From: Candidatus Multivoradales bacterium
GTDB lineage: Bacteria; Acidobacteriota; Thermoanaerobaculia; Multivoradales; JAHEKO01
Direction of reading: 5' to 3'
Assembly (NCBI GenBank): GCA_965248055.1
Contig: CBDFIJ010000004.1
Span: forward strand, 736,001 to 800,000
DNA: 64,000 nucleotides
Part shown: positions 47,354-59,722 of the stretch, piece after piece
Layout: each line of letters starts with the position of its first letter
Position numbering within the stretch: position 1 is the first letter of the stretch
Made by a program: the position numbers and the translations under genes
The notes under the pieces: generated by a model
Databases searched by the model: none
Seen by the model: only the letters and a program-made list of their open reading frames with translations
What the model was told of the DNA's origin: nothing

Positions 47354-49792
47354 CTAAAACGTTGTGCTAATGGTGAACTGAAAGTCATCAAAACGGTCAC
47401 CCGGTATCAGGATCCCGGTTCCGGCTTCATTAAGTACTGTTTCAATCGGGTCTAAGTTCCGCGCCCAGATAAAACGTAGCGGCGCACCAAACAAGGGCAC
47501 CGTCAAACGGAATTCCAAACCAGCGGAGTAACGTAGGTTACTGAAGTCCCAATCTTGGTCATCGAAAAAGACGTTGCCACCGTCGGCGAACAGCAACACC
47601 CGAAACGACTCGTTGGGCACAAAATGGTATTCCAAATTGGCGAAAAATCTCTTGTCTCCACCGAGAAAAAGAGTGGTGAAGTCGTCAGTGAAAGCGCTGT
47701 TGTCTTCCTGGCGTGGGTAGAGCGAACGGCTACGAAAGCCTCGGATCGTGGTCTCGCCTCCGGTATAGAAACGATCAAATATAAACAGGCTCGACGCGCC
47801 AAAAGGATCGATCTGGGCCGCCTCAACATTGACCGCAAGCACCGTGGTCAGCGCTTTCTGGGTCACCGGCTTATAAAGAGTCCCCTTGACGATGGTACGC
47901 AGATAGTCAGAATCGCCGCCGAGCGCTCCACCCGCATAGTCAAGAACGGTCGAAAAGCGCGGGCCACGGGTCGGATTCAAACGACTGTTTCGCTTATCCC
48001 ACTGGTAGGTAAGCCGCAGAGAGGAAAGACTGCGGTCAAACGAGCGAGGGATTTCTTCACCGGTGAAGCGGTTGGTAACTACGCTGTTGTCAATCGTCGA
48101 AAACAACGAATAGGTAGTCCCCAAACTGCTGAACAAGGACAGATTCCGCGAATAGCTCACCGAGCCGCCTTGCTGTTCCTGCAAGATCCGTTGGCCTTGA
48201 ATCAAGTCGAAATCGGTGTTGCGAACGAACAGGTTGATTCCCAAGTTCTGCGGTCGGTCCAAGAACCAAGGGATGCCATAGGAGAATTCATAGCGATCTC
48301 CGAATCGTCCGTTTTGTAGATTCATGGTCAGGGTCTCACCGCGGCCCAAGAAGTTGCGGGTGGTGAACATGAACTGACCGAAGAATCCCTCAAACTCGGA
48401 GAACCCGGCACCAAACTGCAATTCCGTTCGATCACCCTCTTGACCGTGGACCACCAAGTCAACGACCTTCTCTTCGGTATCGGTTTCAATATCGACCGGA
48501 TTTTCCTCGTCGATCTTAAAGAACTCCAGCTGGCGCAAACGCAACAAACTGTTACGCAAAGCCCCGGCATTCATTACGTAGCCTTCTTGCACCGCCAGTT
48601 CACGCCGCAACACCTTGTCGCGGGTACTGACATTGCCTTCGATCTCTAGGCTACGCACCCGGTACTGGTCGCCTTCGTCGATATGAAAGATCAAGTCGGC
48701 AATGTACTCCTGTTCATCGCGTTCTCGCACCTCTGGGCTGATGGTTGAGAACAAGAAGCCGGTGTTGCTATACACCTCTTCAATCCCTTCTTTGCCTTCG
48801 TCGATCACCTTGGAACGCAACCAACCACCCCGAGGCTCGGGAACCAAACTGAGTAGGAACTCGGTGGTAAATGTGTCGTTGCCCTCGACCTCAACGTTGC
48901 CCAGGCTCCAGCGGCCCCCTTCTTGCACTGGGACTGTCAGGAAAAGTCGTCGTTTACCCTCTTCTCCGCCCCCCTGTGCGCGAATCTCGTCCTCTGGTTC
49001 GCCCAACACAACGTCCTTGTAGCCCCGCTCTCGGTAGGCGTCGCCAACCGACTTGAGGTCTTCAGCCAAAGTCGCCTCGCCATAGACGTCACGCTTGCGC
49101 AACTTGGTCCAAAAGTTACTCTTCTTGGTTTTCTTCATCGATCCGCGCAACGCACGATCCCCAAGGATGGTGTTGCCATCGAAGGTCACTCCGCCGATGC
49201 GCACCTTGTCCCCTTCATCGATGGTGAATACAACCTTCTGTTCTCCGTTCTCGGTCGCGAACAGTTCATAACTCACGTCCGCCAAGCGAAAGCCCTTCTC
49301 CGAATAAAGACCCTCAATCGCTGCCCCGAGACGATAGAGCTCACCCAGGTCGAGAGTGTCGCCCTCTTGTAGGCGAATCCGCTTGCGCGCGATCAGGTCC
49401 AAAATATCCGAGCTGGTGACCCGCTTGAGTCCGTCGTATTCCAATTCGGAGATCAACGGCCGCTCCTGGATTGAAAAGGTCACACTGACGCCACCGGCAA
49501 CCGCTTCTGCGCGAACGGAAATATCGTCGATCAACCCCCGTTCCCACAGCTTGTGCATCTGATCGTTGATGCCCTGGGTGCTGTAGGGGCTCCCAACCTC
49601 AAGCTCCAAATAGAACAACATGGTCGATTCCGGCAGTGCACGCAGGCCTTCGAAGTGCACCTCCTGAATCGGCAGTCCTTCCAGGTTGACGGGTTGCAAT
49701 AGGGGCTGAGCAACAATTGGCACCGCCGCCAAGCCCAGAACTACCCAAGTGATTAAAACGGACCCAAACAGGATCTTTGCCATTGCTCGCAT
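47354..49792 (-). CDS. bamA: Outer membrane protein assembly factor BamA
   Basis: POTRA repeats, NFLGRG, IRGF, terminal F. Confidence 0.95.
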   Translation of the reverse strand: MRAMAKILFGSVLITWVVLGLAAVPIVAQPLLQPVNLEGLPIQEVHFEGLRALPESTMLFYLELEVGSPYSTQGINDQMHKLWERGLIDDISVRAEAVAGGVSVTFSIQERPLISELEYDGLKRVTSSDILDLIARKRIRLQEGDTLDLGELYRLGAAIEGLYSEKGFRLADVSYELFATENGEQKVVFTIDEGDKVRIGGVTFDGNTILGDRALRGSMKKTKKSNFWTKLRKRDVYGEATLAEDLKSVGDAYRERGYKDVVLGEPEDEIRAQGGGEEGKRRLFLTVPVQEGGRWSLGNVEVEGNDTFTTEFLLSLVPEPRGGWLRSKVIDEGKEGIEEVYSNTGFLFSTISPEVRERDEQEYIADLIFHIDEGDQYRVRSLEIEGNVSTRDKVLRRELAVQEGYVMNAGALRNSLLRLRQLEFFKIDEENPVDIETDTEEKVVDLVVHGQEGDRTELQFGAGFSEFEGFFGQFMFTTRNFLGRGETLTMNLQNGRFGDRYEFSYGIPWFLDRPQNLGINLFVRNTDFDLIQGQRILQEQQGGSVSYSRNLSLFSSLGTTYSLFSTIDNSVVTNRFTGEEIPRSFDRSLSSLRLTYQWDKRNSRLNPTRGPRFSTVLDYAGGALGGDSDYLRTIVKGTLYKPVTQKALTTVLAVNVEAAQIDPFGASSLFIFDRFYTGGETTIRGFRSRSLYPRQEDNSAFTDDFTTLFLGGDKRFFANLEYHFVPNESFRVLLFADGGNVFFDDQDWDFSNLRYSAGLEFRLTVPLFGAPLRFIWARNLDPIETVLNEAGTGILIPGDRFDDFQFTISTTF

Positions 49793-49927
49793 AGTTTTTC
49801 GATGGTTGGAGATTCGTTGAAAAATTGTTTTTCGATTGGTGGCCTATCCGAGCCACCGACCCAGAATGAGGTCTGTCGTCGAGCGCCCAATCAACCGAAG
49901 GACACCCGATGCAAAAACCGTGCTGAT

Positions 49928-52348
<2,421 letters not shown>

Positions 52349-52390
52349 CGACACAGCAGGTGTTCCAGATCGCCAAAAAACGCAATGAGA

Positions 52391-53089
52391 TCAGGCTAAA
52401 CGACCATCTCTCAAGGTCAAGACCCTACCACAGCGAGTGGCTATTTCTGGGTTGTGGGTGACCAAAATCAGGGTTGTTCCGTGCTCCCGTTGCAGGCCCA
52501 AAAGCAGCTCAATAACGGCTTCTCCTTGCTCTTCGTCCAAGCTTCCCGTGGGTTCGTCCGCCAGAATCAGCGAAGGGTTGTTGATCAACGCTCGACATAG
52601 TCCAACACGCTGCCGTTCGCCACCCGACAACTGGGCCGGAAAACGATCACCCAAGCCCGCCAATCCGACCGCCTCCAGCGCAATCAAGGCGAGCCTTTCG
52701 GCTTCTGGCCCTGCAACGCCCGAGATCCGGGCCGGAACCGCGACGTTCTCCACTGCGGTGAAATCGGGCAATAATTCCTGAAACTGAAAAACAAACCCAA
52801 CTTTGCGGTTGCGAAATTGAGCCAACTCCCGCGACGTAAGGTGCCCCAGATCCCGCCCAGCGATTTCGACCGTTCCTTGGTCATAGTGATCCAAAGCCCC
52901 GATCACATGGAGCAAAGTCGACTTGCCGGATCCGGAGGGCCCGACGATGGCCACCGACTCCCCAGGTTCGACCGCAAGATCGACACCTTGGAGGACCTCG
53001 GTGCGGACTTCGCCATCCTGATAACTCTTCGACACCTCCGCCAAGTAGACCAACGGCCTGATCGCCTCTGAACCCAGAGCGGCACTCAT
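52391..53089 (-). CDS. lolD: Lipoprotein-releasing ABC ATPase
   Basis: GPSGSGKS, LSGGE, ADEPTG; start at ATG 53089. Confidence 0.85.
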   Translation of the reverse strand: MSAALGSEAIRPLVYLAEVSKSYQDGEVRTEVLQGVDLAVEPGESVAIVGPSGSGKSTLLHVIGALDHYDQGTVEIAGRDLGHLTSRELAQFRNRKVGFVFQFQELLPDFTAVENVAVPARISGVAGPEAERLALIALEAVGLAGLGDRFPAQLSGGERQRVGLCRALINNPSLILADEPTGSLDEEQGEAVIELLLGLQREHGTTLILVTHNPEIATRCGRVLTLRDGRLA

Positions 53090-54264
53090 CGTCGCAACGC
53101 CTCGACCGGAGAAGCCTCGGCTGAACCCCGCGTGGCGACCCAGCACACTGCCCACGCCAAAACCAACGAGCTGACCGCGATCAAGCCGACGTCCAGGGGC
53201 CGTACGACAAACGGAATGTGGTCCAAGGTATAACCGTCGCTGGGAAGACGAATCCAGCCGGTCCGGTCGAGAACCCATGCCAACAGCAAGCCGACCACCA
53301 AACCACCCATCGCTCCTCCAGCGGCGATCGCCAAGCCGAATCGTTGAAACGCGCGCCGGATTTCCTTCTGGGGAGCTCCCAGTGCCTGCAAGATGCCAAT
53401 CTCCCGGCGGCGATCCGTCACCAACATATAGAGATCTGCAACCAGGGCTAGAACCGCCACCAAGACGATCAAGAAAACCGCAAAGAACACCAGCACCTTC
53501 TCCAGACGCAAGGCGAACCACAGTCCTGGTTGCAAAGATTCCCAGCCATACACCGTGACACCAGGTATCTCTTCGAGGGCCGAGCGAATACGCCCCGGCA
53601 ATCGATGGTCTTCGATGGTACTCGCGGCAACTGCCAGCTCGACGCCTTCAGATCGACCGAGAAGTCGCTGAGCGTTCTCCAAGTTGAGATAAACCGTCGC
53701 TTCGGAGAGAACCGCCGTTGTCCCCTCGACACGCATCCGAGCGATCATTGGCTCCGGCCCCAGCGGGCCGATTCGAGATCGCGAAGTTGCCAATTCCAGC
53801 ACCTCACCGACTTCGCCCAAGACGCCGTTGGGACGACTCACGCGCACTAATCCAAGCGCTGGGGGGGCTCCGTCGTTCCCCACTGCCGCAGCGCGAGGCA
53901 GCCAGCCCGAATAACCGACGATCTTCACCGGTCTCAATGAGGGGCCTGAGATCAGCCAACCGTTCCCTTCCACGACCCTGGCGATGCTGTTATCTCCGAC
54001 CAACGGTTGCAACGCCTGACGGACCTCTGCCTCTCGCTCAAGATTCCGGATCTCAATACGGGCCGAATCCGCGTCTTGAAGTGCCTCTTGCCGGATCGCG
54101 TCCTGCAGCCCGGTCATCGCCGACAGCGCCAAGATCAAAGCAGCAACGCCGAGCGCGATCCCCAAACCTGCAGCCCAGGAAAGAAAGCGGACAAATGAAT
54201 CCCTGCGCCCAGTGCGCAGATAGCGACCGGCGATCCAGGACGGCCAATTCGATGTTTTCAACAT
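53086..54264 (-). CDS. Lipoprotein-releasing ABC permease LolC/E family
   Basis: GIALGVAALI, EIGILQALG; MacB/FtsX topology. Confidence 0.85.
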   Translation of the reverse strand: MLKTSNWPSWIAGRYLRTGRRDSFVRFLSWAAGLGIALGVAALILALSAMTGLQDAIRQEALQDADSARIEIRNLEREAEVRQALQPLVGDNSIARVVEGNGWLISGPSLRPVKIVGYSGWLPRAAAVGNDGAPPALGLVRVSRPNGVLGEVGEVLELATSRSRIGPLGPEPMIARMRVEGTTAVLSEATVYLNLENAQRLLGRSEGVELAVAASTIEDHRLPGRIRSALEEIPGVTVYGWESLQPGLWFALRLEKVLVFFAVFLIVLVAVLALVADLYMLVTDRRREIGILQALGAPQKEIRRAFQRFGLAIAAGGAMGGLVVGLLLAWVLDRTGWIRLPSDGYTLDHIPFVVRPLDVGLIAVSSLVLAWAVCWVATRGSAEASPVEALRR

Positions 54265-54330
54265 CTTAGGAGTTCAACCATCCCGATTAGCTACCTCGCG
54301 AAGCCGTCGATCGAGTGGTAGCCAGTTCGG

Positions 54331-55836
54331 TCACGAATCTTCGGACTCACCTTCTGCCTGGGGTTTGAGCAGCGGAAACAAAATTACATCGCGAATCGAT
54401 TGGGCGTCCAGCAACAACATCACCAAACGATCGATGCCAATCCCTTCTCCACCGGCAGGGGGCATCCCGTACTCGAGAGCTTGAACGTAGTCGCCATCAA
54501 AACGGTGCGCCTCGTCGTCACCCAGTTCACGAGCAGCCAGTTGCGCACGAAATCGCTCCGCTTGCACCTCGGGATCGTTTAATTCGGAAAACGCATTGGC
54601 GATTTCCATGCCACCTATGTAGAGCTCAAAACGCTCGGTCAAACGAGGGTCATCGGCCCTCTGTTTAGCAAATGGTGAAACTTCGATCGGATGGTCCAGG
54701 ATGAAGGTTGGTTCGATCAACGAATCTTCCGCTAGCTCTTCAAATAGATGCAACAACCAGTGGCCGTAACTGACGCCACCGCGCGGAGACTCGATGCCAC
54801 GATCTTGGGCAAGACCCTGCAACGCTTCCAGGCTGTTCAAGTTGTCGACCTCCAGGTCTGCCGCCTTTGCCAGCGCCTCGGTCATCGTCCAGCGACGCCA
54901 CGGTCGCGAACAATCGATAATCTCGCCCTTCCAACTCAGAGTATTGCCCCCGGTCAGTTTCTTAACCGCACCACCAATTAGCTCTTCGGAGAAATCCATC
55001 AACTGACGATAGTCGATGTAGGCCCAGTAGAACTCAAGCATGGTGAATTCAGGGTTGTGCTTGGTCGAGATCCCCTCGTTGCGAAAATTCCGGTTGATCT
55101 CGTACACCCGGTGCATGCCTCCGACCAAGAGCCGCTTTAGATAGAGCTCCGGAGCGATACGCATGTAGAGATCGATCCCCAGTGCTTGATGGTGGGTACG
55201 AAATGGCCGCGCTGCAGCTCCCCCCGGCATCGCTTGCATCATCGGTGTTTCCACCTCCAAGAAATTTCGATCATCCAATTGGCGGCGCAGATAGCTCACC
55301 AAGCGACTGCGTGTTTCAAAACGCTGGCGTGACTCCGGGTTGACCACCAAGTCGAGGTAACGCTGGCGATAGCAAGACTCAACGTCGGTCAATCCATGCC
55401 ATTTCTCGGGCCACGGGCGCAGGGACTTGGCCAGCAAAGTCAGTTCACTAACCAACAAAGTGAGTTCCCCGGTCCGGGTTCGGATCAATGTGCCCCGAGC
55501 ACCCACGTAGTCGCCAAGATCGATGTGCGAGAAGACCATCGCCGAGGTTTCATCCAGCACCTTGAGCCGCACCATCAATTGCAGCTTTCCTCGCCCGTCG
55601 ACGATGTCCAAGAACGCCGTCTTGCCGTGTTGCCGCAAGCTGCGCACCCGACCCGGAATCCGAAGTGCAACCGCTGCCGCTTCCAGCCCTTCAGTATCCA
55701 GATCAGCGTACTTGTCGTGGACCCCGGTTGGTTCCAAGTCGTAGTCAAACCGATGGGGATACGGATCAACCCCCTTGGCGATCAACTCGCTGAGGTTTTG
55801 TCGTCGGTTTTCAATCTGGTTTTCTAGTTCTGACAT
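54331..55836 (-). CDS. lysS: Lysine--tRNA ligase (class II)
   Basis: RQRYLDL, LYMRIAPELYLK, FRNEG, GIGIDR. Confidence 0.98.
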   Translation of the reverse strand: MSELENQIENRRQNLSELIAKGVDPYPHRFDYDLEPTGVHDKYADLDTEGLEAAAVALRIPGRVRSLRQHGKTAFLDIVDGRGKLQLMVRLKVLDETSAMVFSHIDLGDYVGARGTLIRTRTGELTLLVSELTLLAKSLRPWPEKWHGLTDVESCYRQRYLDLVVNPESRQRFETRSRLVSYLRRQLDDRNFLEVETPMMQAMPGGAAARPFRTHHQALGIDLYMRIAPELYLKRLLVGGMHRVYEINRNFRNEGISTKHNPEFTMLEFYWAYIDYRQLMDFSEELIGGAVKKLTGGNTLSWKGEIIDCSRPWRRWTMTEALAKAADLEVDNLNSLEALQGLAQDRGIESPRGGVSYGHWLLHLFEELAEDSLIEPTFILDHPIEVSPFAKQRADDPRLTERFELYIGGMEIANAFSELNDPEVQAERFRAQLAARELGDDEAHRFDGDYVQALEYGMPPAGGEGIGIDRLVMLLLDAQSIRDVILFPLLKPQAEGESEDS

Positions 55837-55944
55837 CGGTCTTCGCGCTCTCTTTGCTGGGGGTGAACTGTAACGGATTTTGAAGGCGTCGAGTGATTTT
55901 GCGATCGATTCGACTCACCCCTGCCAATGTTACGATTCGCAGCC

Positions 55945-56802
55945 ATGCGAGGAATCTCTGACATCGACCAACAACAGCTGCAGACGGCCGCGGAAAAGTG
56001 GCTCGCACTGGGCCTCCCCCAGCCGAAGGTCTGGCTAGTCGCCGGTTCCGGCCTTTCAGGCGACCTCGGAGTCGGTACCCCAGACGCCGAGCTCAAACTG
56101 CAGCAGCTCCTCCCTTTTGCAGTGCGGGCGGTGGTCGGGCACCCCCACTCGGTGAGCGTGTTTGCCGACTCGGTCAACGGGCCGGTGGCCTACCAACAAG
56201 GACGCCTCCATCTCTATCAAGGCTACTCGGCAGCCGAGGTCGCCTTCACCGTGCGTTTGGCCGCGACCCTGGGCGCTAAGACCCTGATCATGAGCAATGC
56301 CGCAGGTTCATTGCGACCCGAGATTGGGCCCGGCAGTTTGGCGGTGATCACCGACCACTTGAATCTCACCGGGCAGAATCCGCTGGTCGGTTCAGTGCCA
56401 CCCGGGTGGGGGCCACAGTTCCCCGATATGACCACCGCCTATGACCCCGCTTTAGTCGTGCTGGCTAAGTCGCTGGCCAAAGAACAGGGGCTGAGTCTGC
56501 CTTCGGGTACCTATGCCGGCCTTTTGGGGCCAACCTACGAGACCCCGGCGGAAGTGCGTATGGTCGGCACCATCGGCGGGGACTTGGTGGGGATGTCGAC
56601 GGTCACCGAAGTTATCGCGGCGCACCACATGGGCTTGCGTTGCCTATGCTTTTCCATGGTCTCCAACCTGGGAGCTGGGATGACGGACAACCCTCTGCAC
56701 CACGACGAAGTGCTCGAAGCAGCAGCTGAAACAACGGTACATTTCGCCACCCTACTGCGTGCCATACTGGCCAATCCGGCACTCACAGCGAGCACGCCTT
56801 AG
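55945..56802 (+). CDS. punA: Purine-nucleoside phosphorylase (trimeric type)
   Basis: GSGL, GRLHLYQG, NAAG, GPTYET, VGMST. Confidence 0.92.
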   Translation: MRGISDIDQQQLQTAAEKWLALGLPQPKVWLVAGSGLSGDLGVGTPDAELKLQQLLPFAVRAVVGHPHSVSVFADSVNGPVAYQQGRLHLYQGYSAAEVAFTVRLAATLGAKTLIMSNAAGSLRPEIGPGSLAVITDHLNLTGQNPLVGSVPPGWGPQFPDMTTAYDPALVVLAKSLAKEQGLSLPSGTYAGLLGPTYETPAEVRMVGTIGGDLVGMSTVTEVIAAHHMGLRCLCFSMVSNLGAGMTDNPLHHDEVLEAAAETTVHFATLLRAILANPALTASTP

Positions 56803-56844
56803 AGTCTGTTATCGTCCCGGTTTTGAACCTCGACAAATTCTTCT

Positions 56845-57378
56845 ATGAGCCAATACCTACCTCCGAAAGCGCTGATTACCGAGCAACAGATTGAGGAACG
56901 TATCCTCGATTTGGCCAAGGAAATAGAGAGCGATTACCGCGACTCCGGCGAATCCTTGATCTGTCTCGGCATTCTCAAGGGTTCGGTGTTTTTCCTGGTG
57001 GACTTGCTCAAAAGGGTTGACCTTCCGGTAACCGTCGACTTCTTCCGAGTCTCTAGCTACGAGGGCACCAGTTCCGGCGAGGTGCGCCTACTCAAAGATG
57101 TCGATCTGCCGCTCAAGGGGCAAAACGTATTGATCATCGAGGACATCGTCGACACCGGAAATACCCTCAAGGTGATCCTCGACCTGATGAAATTTCGTGG
57201 CGCCAAGAGCGTCAAGCTTTGCTCGCTGTTGGACAAGCCGTCGCGACGGCAAGTGGAAGTACCGATTGATTACTGTGGCTTCCAGATCGAAGACCACTTT
57301 GTCGTCGGCTATGGACTCGACTACAACGAGCGTTATCGCAACCTTCCTTACGTAGGTATTTTGGAATTGGAAGACTAA
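56845..57378 (+). CDS. hpt: Hypoxanthine phosphoribosyltransferase
   Basis: ILKG, EDIVDTG, VVGYGLD. Confidence 0.96.
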   Translation: MSQYLPPKALITEQQIEERILDLAKEIESDYRDSGESLICLGILKGSVFFLVDLLKRVDLPVTVDFFRVSSYEGTSSGEVRLLKDVDLPLKGQNVLIIEDIVDTGNTLKVILDLMKFRGAKSVKLCSLLDKPSRRQVEVPIDYCGFQIEDHFVVGYGLDYNERYRNLPYVGILELED

Positions 57379-57389
57379 CTGGAGGCTTC

Positions 57390-57770
57390 ATGCAACCCGT
57401 CTCTACAGATCAAGCACCTGCGGCCATCGGGCCTTACTCGCAAGCAATCATCGTCAACGGCCTTCTTTTCACTTCTGGACAAATCCCACTCAACCCCGAG
57501 ACCGAACAGCTGGTTTTGGGCGACTTTGACGCTCAGGCCAAGCAGGTCCTAGCCAATCTTCGACAAGTGCTAGCGGCCGCTGATTGTAGCTATGCTGACG
57601 TCGTCAAGGCAACCGTCTACGTGACCAACCTGAGTAACTTCCCAACGCTCAACGAGTTGTACGGTGAGGCGATGGGTGACCACCGACCGGCCCGGTCTAC
57701 GGTTGAGGTCTCAGCACTGCCCAAGGGCGCCCTAGTCGAGATCGACTTGGTTGCCCGGATCCCCGGCTAG
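57390..57770 (+). CDS. ridA: RidA family enamine deaminase
   Basis: IGPYSQA, SGQIP, PARS, VEI. Confidence 0.93.
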   Translation: MQPVSTDQAPAAIGPYSQAIIVNGLLFTSGQIPLNPETEQLVLGDFDAQAKQVLANLRQVLAAADCSYADVVKATVYVTNLSNFPTLNELYGEAMGDHRPARSTVEVSALPKGALVEIDLVARIPG

Positions 57771-57777
57771 CAGGCGT

Positions 57778-58704
57778 TCACTCAGGAGTTACAACCCCGT
57801 CCAGGTACTGGCGGCGGATGGTGGTCAAAAGCGATGGGTCTCCGCTAGCGGCGAGTTCTTCTAGCACCTGTCCCGCTTCCCCGTTCAATTCCGGAACCAC
57901 CGCCAAGTGCCCATCACGGACCAGGACGCTTAAGTCCCAAGGGGATCTTTCCAACCACCGAGCCGCTCGGAGAAATCTCTGGCCACGTTCTTCTTCATCC
58001 AATCGCAGCAGCAGATCCCCCAGCCAGCTCAAAACCGTGCAGGCTCGGGCGTGCAGTTCGCTCTCGCTGGCATGGCGCGGGCGCGGCGGCTGGAATCTAA
58101 TTCCTTCCTGATCGACCACTTTCACTGCCGCAGCGACCTCAGGGCTTGCGCTGTGGTGCAGGGCTTCGAAGACCGCAGGTCCATACTGGTCCACCAACTT
58201 CCGTTTGACCGAAGCAGACAAATGCGCCACCACCGGGAGCACCCCCGACACCTCAGCGACCGATTCCCGAGCAACAAACTGCGCGAGAGCGGCGCCGTCA
58301 CTGACGCCAGCGATCAGAGGCCATACCACCCAAGCACTCAGCGGAGGGTCCGGGAGCTTATGTACCTGACCACCAACCAGGTGTGCCGTCGGATCCCAAA
58401 CGACCAGGCCGTCGCTCGGTCCGGCTATCGAGTCGCCGGCTAAGACATGGTCGACAATTCGCGCCCCTTGTGCGCGCCAAGTCGTGAGAATTTGCTCGCG
58501 TTGCTCCCGGTCGGCCACCGGCACCGGTGGCGCGTAGACCACCTCGTCCGGGGCTTTCTGAAAATCCATTGAGCCCGCCCGTCCACGATCCACCACTTGA
58601 TGACTGGTGAGATCGGTCCATAGTTCTGGTCGTGGCCATTTGGTCGGAACCGTGCCGATCCAAAACGAATCGCAACTGCTGGGATGGAGTCGCCAACCGC
58701 TCAC
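57778..58704 (-). CDS. Hypothetical protein with C-terminal PolX-like helix-hairpin-helix domain
   Basis: FLRAARWLERSPWDL..GHLAVVP..VLEELAASG resembles HHH_8. Confidence 0.6.
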   Translation of the reverse strand: MSGWRLHPSSCDSFWIGTVPTKWPRPELWTDLTSHQVVDRGRAGSMDFQKAPDEVVYAPPVPVADREQREQILTTWRAQGARIVDHVLAGDSIAGPSDGLVVWDPTAHLVGGQVHKLPDPPLSAWVVWPLIAGVSDGAALAQFVARESVAEVSGVLPVVAHLSASVKRKLVDQYGPAVFEALHHSASPEVAAAVKVVDQEGIRFQPPRPRHASESELHARACTVLSWLGDLLLRLDEEERGQRFLRAARWLERSPWDLSVLVRDGHLAVVPELNGEAGQVLEELAASGDPSLLTTIRRQYLDGVVTPE

Positions 58705-59711
58705 AGGACCTCGGCCACGGATATCGATTCAACCGACCGTTCTAAGTCATAGCCGAGAAACTGCTCAGCAAACTGTCGAGGATTGAAGGGCACCAGATCT
58801 TCTGCGGTTTCCCCGACTCCGAGAAAGCCAACCGCTACCTGCAGTTGGTGCGCCACCGCGATCGCCATTCCACCTTTGGCAGTGCCGTCCATCTTCGCCA
58901 AGATCAACCCCTGAGCCTGCACCAGTTGTTGAAACTCACGCGCCTGAACCAGGGCATTTTGGCCGGTGGTTGCGTCGAGCACCAACCAGGTAGTCAGGAC
59001 CCGATCCGACGCTTGGTTCTCCACCACCCGTCGGACTTTCGCCAGTTCTTCCATCAACGGCGTTCTGTTATGCAATCGGCCTGCGGTATCGACAATCACC
59101 CGGTCACATCCACGATGACTGGCCACTTCCAGCCCTTGATAGACCACCGCAGCCGCGTCTGCCCCGCGCTCGCGCGCCAACACTGGGATCTCTAGCCGCT
59201 CACCCCAAATCTGTACTTGTTCAATCGCCGCCGCCCGAAAGGTATCGCCGGCAACCAGCAACACTTTCTCTCCTTGATTCTTGGCGCGTTGGGCAAATTT
59301 GGCCAGAGTCGTGGTCTTGCCGGCCCCGTTGACGCCAACCAGAAGGTCCACGCGCGGCAGGCAGTCGGGATCCACTTGCGGTAGATCATGCAGCAGCAGA
59401 GCGATCTCCTGCACCAAACGAGCGCGAAGCGCCAACACATCCACCCCTTGTCCGGGCAAAGGGTCGCGGCGCAATCGCTCCACTAAGGTCAATGAGGTTT
59501 CGACCCCAACGTCCGACGAGATCAAAGCCTCTTCGATCGCTTCTAGGACTTCTTCATCGACACTCTGACGACCGCTGAGCGCAGCGTCGAGCCGATCTCC
59601 CAGGCGATCGCGGCTGCGGGTCAGGCCGGAACGCAAACGCTGAACCCAACCGGGGCGGCGTTCTTGCCTCAGAACACTGTCCTGGTTCACAACGCCGTCT
59701 GGATTGGCCAT
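58701..59711 (-). CDS. ftsY: SRP receptor FtsY
   Basis: GVNGAGKTT, DTFRAAA, DTAGR, DGTAKGG. Confidence 0.96.
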   Translation of the reverse strand: MANPDGVVNQDSVLRQERRPGWVQRLRSGLTRSRDRLGDRLDAALSGRQSVDEEVLEAIEEALISSDVGVETSLTLVERLRRDPLPGQGVDVLALRARLVQEIALLLHDLPQVDPDCLPRVDLLVGVNGAGKTTTLAKFAQRAKNQGEKVLLVAGDTFRAAAIEQVQIWGERLEIPVLARERGADAAAVVYQGLEVASHRGCDRVIVDTAGRLHNRTPLMEELAKVRRVVENQASDRVLTTWLVLDATTGQNALVQAREFQQLVQAQGLILAKMDGTAKGGMAIAVAHQLQVAVGFLGVGETAEDLVPFNPRQFAEQFLGYDLERSVESISVAEVL

Positions 59712-59722
59712 ACGATTTTCGC

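Noticed and set aside
52391-53521. N-terminally extended 376-aa LolD
   Set aside because: The extension overlaps the permease gene in another frame; ATG 53089 gives a normal ATGA-coupled start
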